This document shows, piece after piece, positions 62,047 through 64,000 of a DNA stretch of 64,000 nucleotides (position 1 is the first letter of the stretch; each line of letters starts with the position of its first letter). The stretch lies in the NCBI GenBank assembly GCA_010909165.1, contig MU008226.1, positions 11,530 through 75,529 on the forward strand. Reading direction: 5' to 3'. The DNA comes from Anthoceros angustus (taxonomy: Eukaryota > Plantae > Anthocerotophyta). Made by a program: the position numbers and the translations under genes. The notes below the pieces were generated by a model. That model ran no database searches, was not told where the DNA came from, and was given only the letters and a program-made list of their open reading frames with translations.

Positions 62047-63070
62047 TGTTGATATCATAGTTAGGGTTTAGGGGTTTAAGTTATCCATATATTACCAAGA
62101 TATGATAAGCTAGGGTTTACTAGATATGGTGTCGTTTCATTAGGGTTACGTCTCTAAGTGAATAGATACAACGTTTCATTAAATTTAGTTTAAGTTGTCT
62201 TTTCATGCATAAGCAACTTACTTCTTTCTTGATCCAACAATGTAATTATTCTATAATGTTTAATTGATCTACATTAGTCCATAAAATCTTCATGGTATCG
62301 AGCTACCTAGTGTAGGTTGCATTCAAATGAATGCACATTGAAATTGTGCATCGAAAATATGCACAATGCTTTCTTTGATTGTTTTCTTGTTTTATAAATA
62401 AGTTAAAATCAAGAAACATAAGATAGAAAAAGAATGGGTGCATTCTTGTTTTATTTCTATTTTTATTTTGATGAATTCATATAGATTAAGATCGGAGATA
62501 GTCTAGCGCACCTCAGTTGAGTTGCTACTTGAGCAATTCAATGGAGGCACTAGAGCGGTGGTGGCAATTATATGTAAAAATCATATAAAGAAACAGAAAA
62601 TGCAGGAATTGCATTGTATATACAATCGTGGCACATAGCCATGGAAAATTACATCTACCAAAATCCCGGTGAATCCTAGGAGGAACAATCAAAATCCAAG
62701 GCAGGATCGAGGCAGAAATGCCGAGAGACAAACCATGGCACATCAATTACATGGGCGCATCCTACGGTGGAACTTGCCCGGAAATCAAGCACAAGGAGAC
62801 ACATTGCGAGCCTTCAACACACTTCTCGAATTCTGTTCCCAGCTTGACTTGACATTCACAATTGACGGTAGCGGTGCAACATCACCACTTCGAGAACATA
62901 CACCAACGCGGCTTCCTCTGGCAGTTGTACAATGCAGTGTAAACACAATTGTTCAGCGTCTTGAGGCTAACAATAGGAATGTTGAAAAGCAGATGTCGTC
63001 GATTGGTCATGTCGCTTGGCTAGCATTGATGCGATTTGAAAGAAATACACAGATTACAAGCTTGTAATGT
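62047..63070 (+). mobile_element. LTR retrotransposon 5' end: LTR 62047-62292, Met PBS 62293-62303, gag/protease-like remnant
   Basis: TGTTG...TTCA followed by TGGTATCGAGC; IDGSGATS resembles the copia protease motif DSGATS. Confidence 0.7.
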
Positions 63071-63599
63071 TGAAACGAGTTGTTGGCCAACCCGGCATTG
63101 AGGTGACATGCAAACACGTAAGTAAAACTAAGCATGAAAGGAAGTTTGATACACCTAACTCTTGCCCTTCATGCTCCACTTACGCATTCAATAAGTTTGA
63201 GATGAGAAACTCTAAGATAGGCGCATAGCGTTTGGGAACAAACCATAGTGCACAGGAGCAACCACAAAACCAACACGCATTGTAAGTAGAATGTATGGAT
63301 GGTGAGAATAGTGGCTACAGTGCCCATGATAGTGTTCATGCTAGTGACCGTGAGAAGACACATTAGAAAGCTTCTTGTAGAGGACAAACTCTTAGGAGTT
63401 CAGCAACCCAAAATGGGTGACACATCCTCTACACATAATTTTGAAGCGTGAGTCCTTCAAGGAGAAGGACGGGTTCAGAAATGACTTTGACATCGGCTTA
63501 TAAGAATGGGGCGTTCTCGAAATGAGAGGCCTCCTCAAACATGCTCTTGGAAAAGTAGTGAAACCAGACGAGGATCTTGGAGAGGAAGAATGGTTAGCT

Positions 63600-64000
63600 A
63601 AGGACAATGAGCCAAATACCTCATCTGTGATGGCCCGAGATGTTGAGGCGAGGCAGTGAATACTTGGCCGAAATCATGAATCGTAAAGGAACTCTCACAG
63701 CGAACATGGTAAGCGCAATGTGGCGGCTCTAAGGAATTTTGAACCTAAGGATGAAGGACGGTGACTCGGTGGAGAAACACGTGAGTACCTTGGGACCCTA
63801 GCCTCACGGTGCCTCAAAGTTGCCATTGGAGATGATGAGATGGTGATGAGGCTCCTTCTTTCGCTTCAGTCATGGTCACATTCGTGACTTCTCATCTGTT
63901 GCTCAAACACAAGCTACGTTGTTAGCTAAAAGCAAGGCATAGAGATGCACGAAATGAGCTTCTCACATCGTGAGTTCCATGCAAGAAGAAGCGGGGACCA
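63600..64000 (+). mobile_element. Ty1/copia gag (UBN2-like) fragment running off the window
   Basis: NLRMKDGDSVEKHV...IGDDEMVMRLLLSL-SW pattern. Confidence 0.7.

Noticed and set aside
62060-62120. Telomeric repeat tract
   Set aside because: Only isolated TAGGGTTT (telo-box-like) motifs inside an LTR.

Overview
This is TE-dense land-plant nuclear DNA. A non-seed plant (fern, lycophyte or bryophyte) is my inference only. It has one clear host gene, a 11-12-exon LAMMER/AFC kinase at ~32.7-35.9 kb (+), and a probable four-TM membrane-protein gene at ~5.1-6.1 kb (+). The rest is mostly mobile DNA: an L1 LINE remnant; a full-length minus-strand non-chromoviral Ty3 (Athila-like) element at 7.9-21.8 kb whose ~4.3-kb LTRs carry a degenerate ORF in U3; two full-length Ty1/copia elements (49.2-54.0 and 54.8-61.0 kb); several copia and Ty3 fragments; and a Sola/DUF7869-like transposase relic split by a copia insertion. 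The most unusual signal is a 5S-rRNA internal-promoter-like core found five times in three unrelated TE contexts. Three of these are copies of a ~210-bp SINE-like element; two have a (TTC)n tail and one has a 6-bp TSD. A bacterial IlvD-family dehydratase fragment abuts the 121-N gap and may be contamination. Repeat regions are full of small indels, probably partly assembly error, so TE ORFs were reconstructed by eye and many boundaries are approximate.
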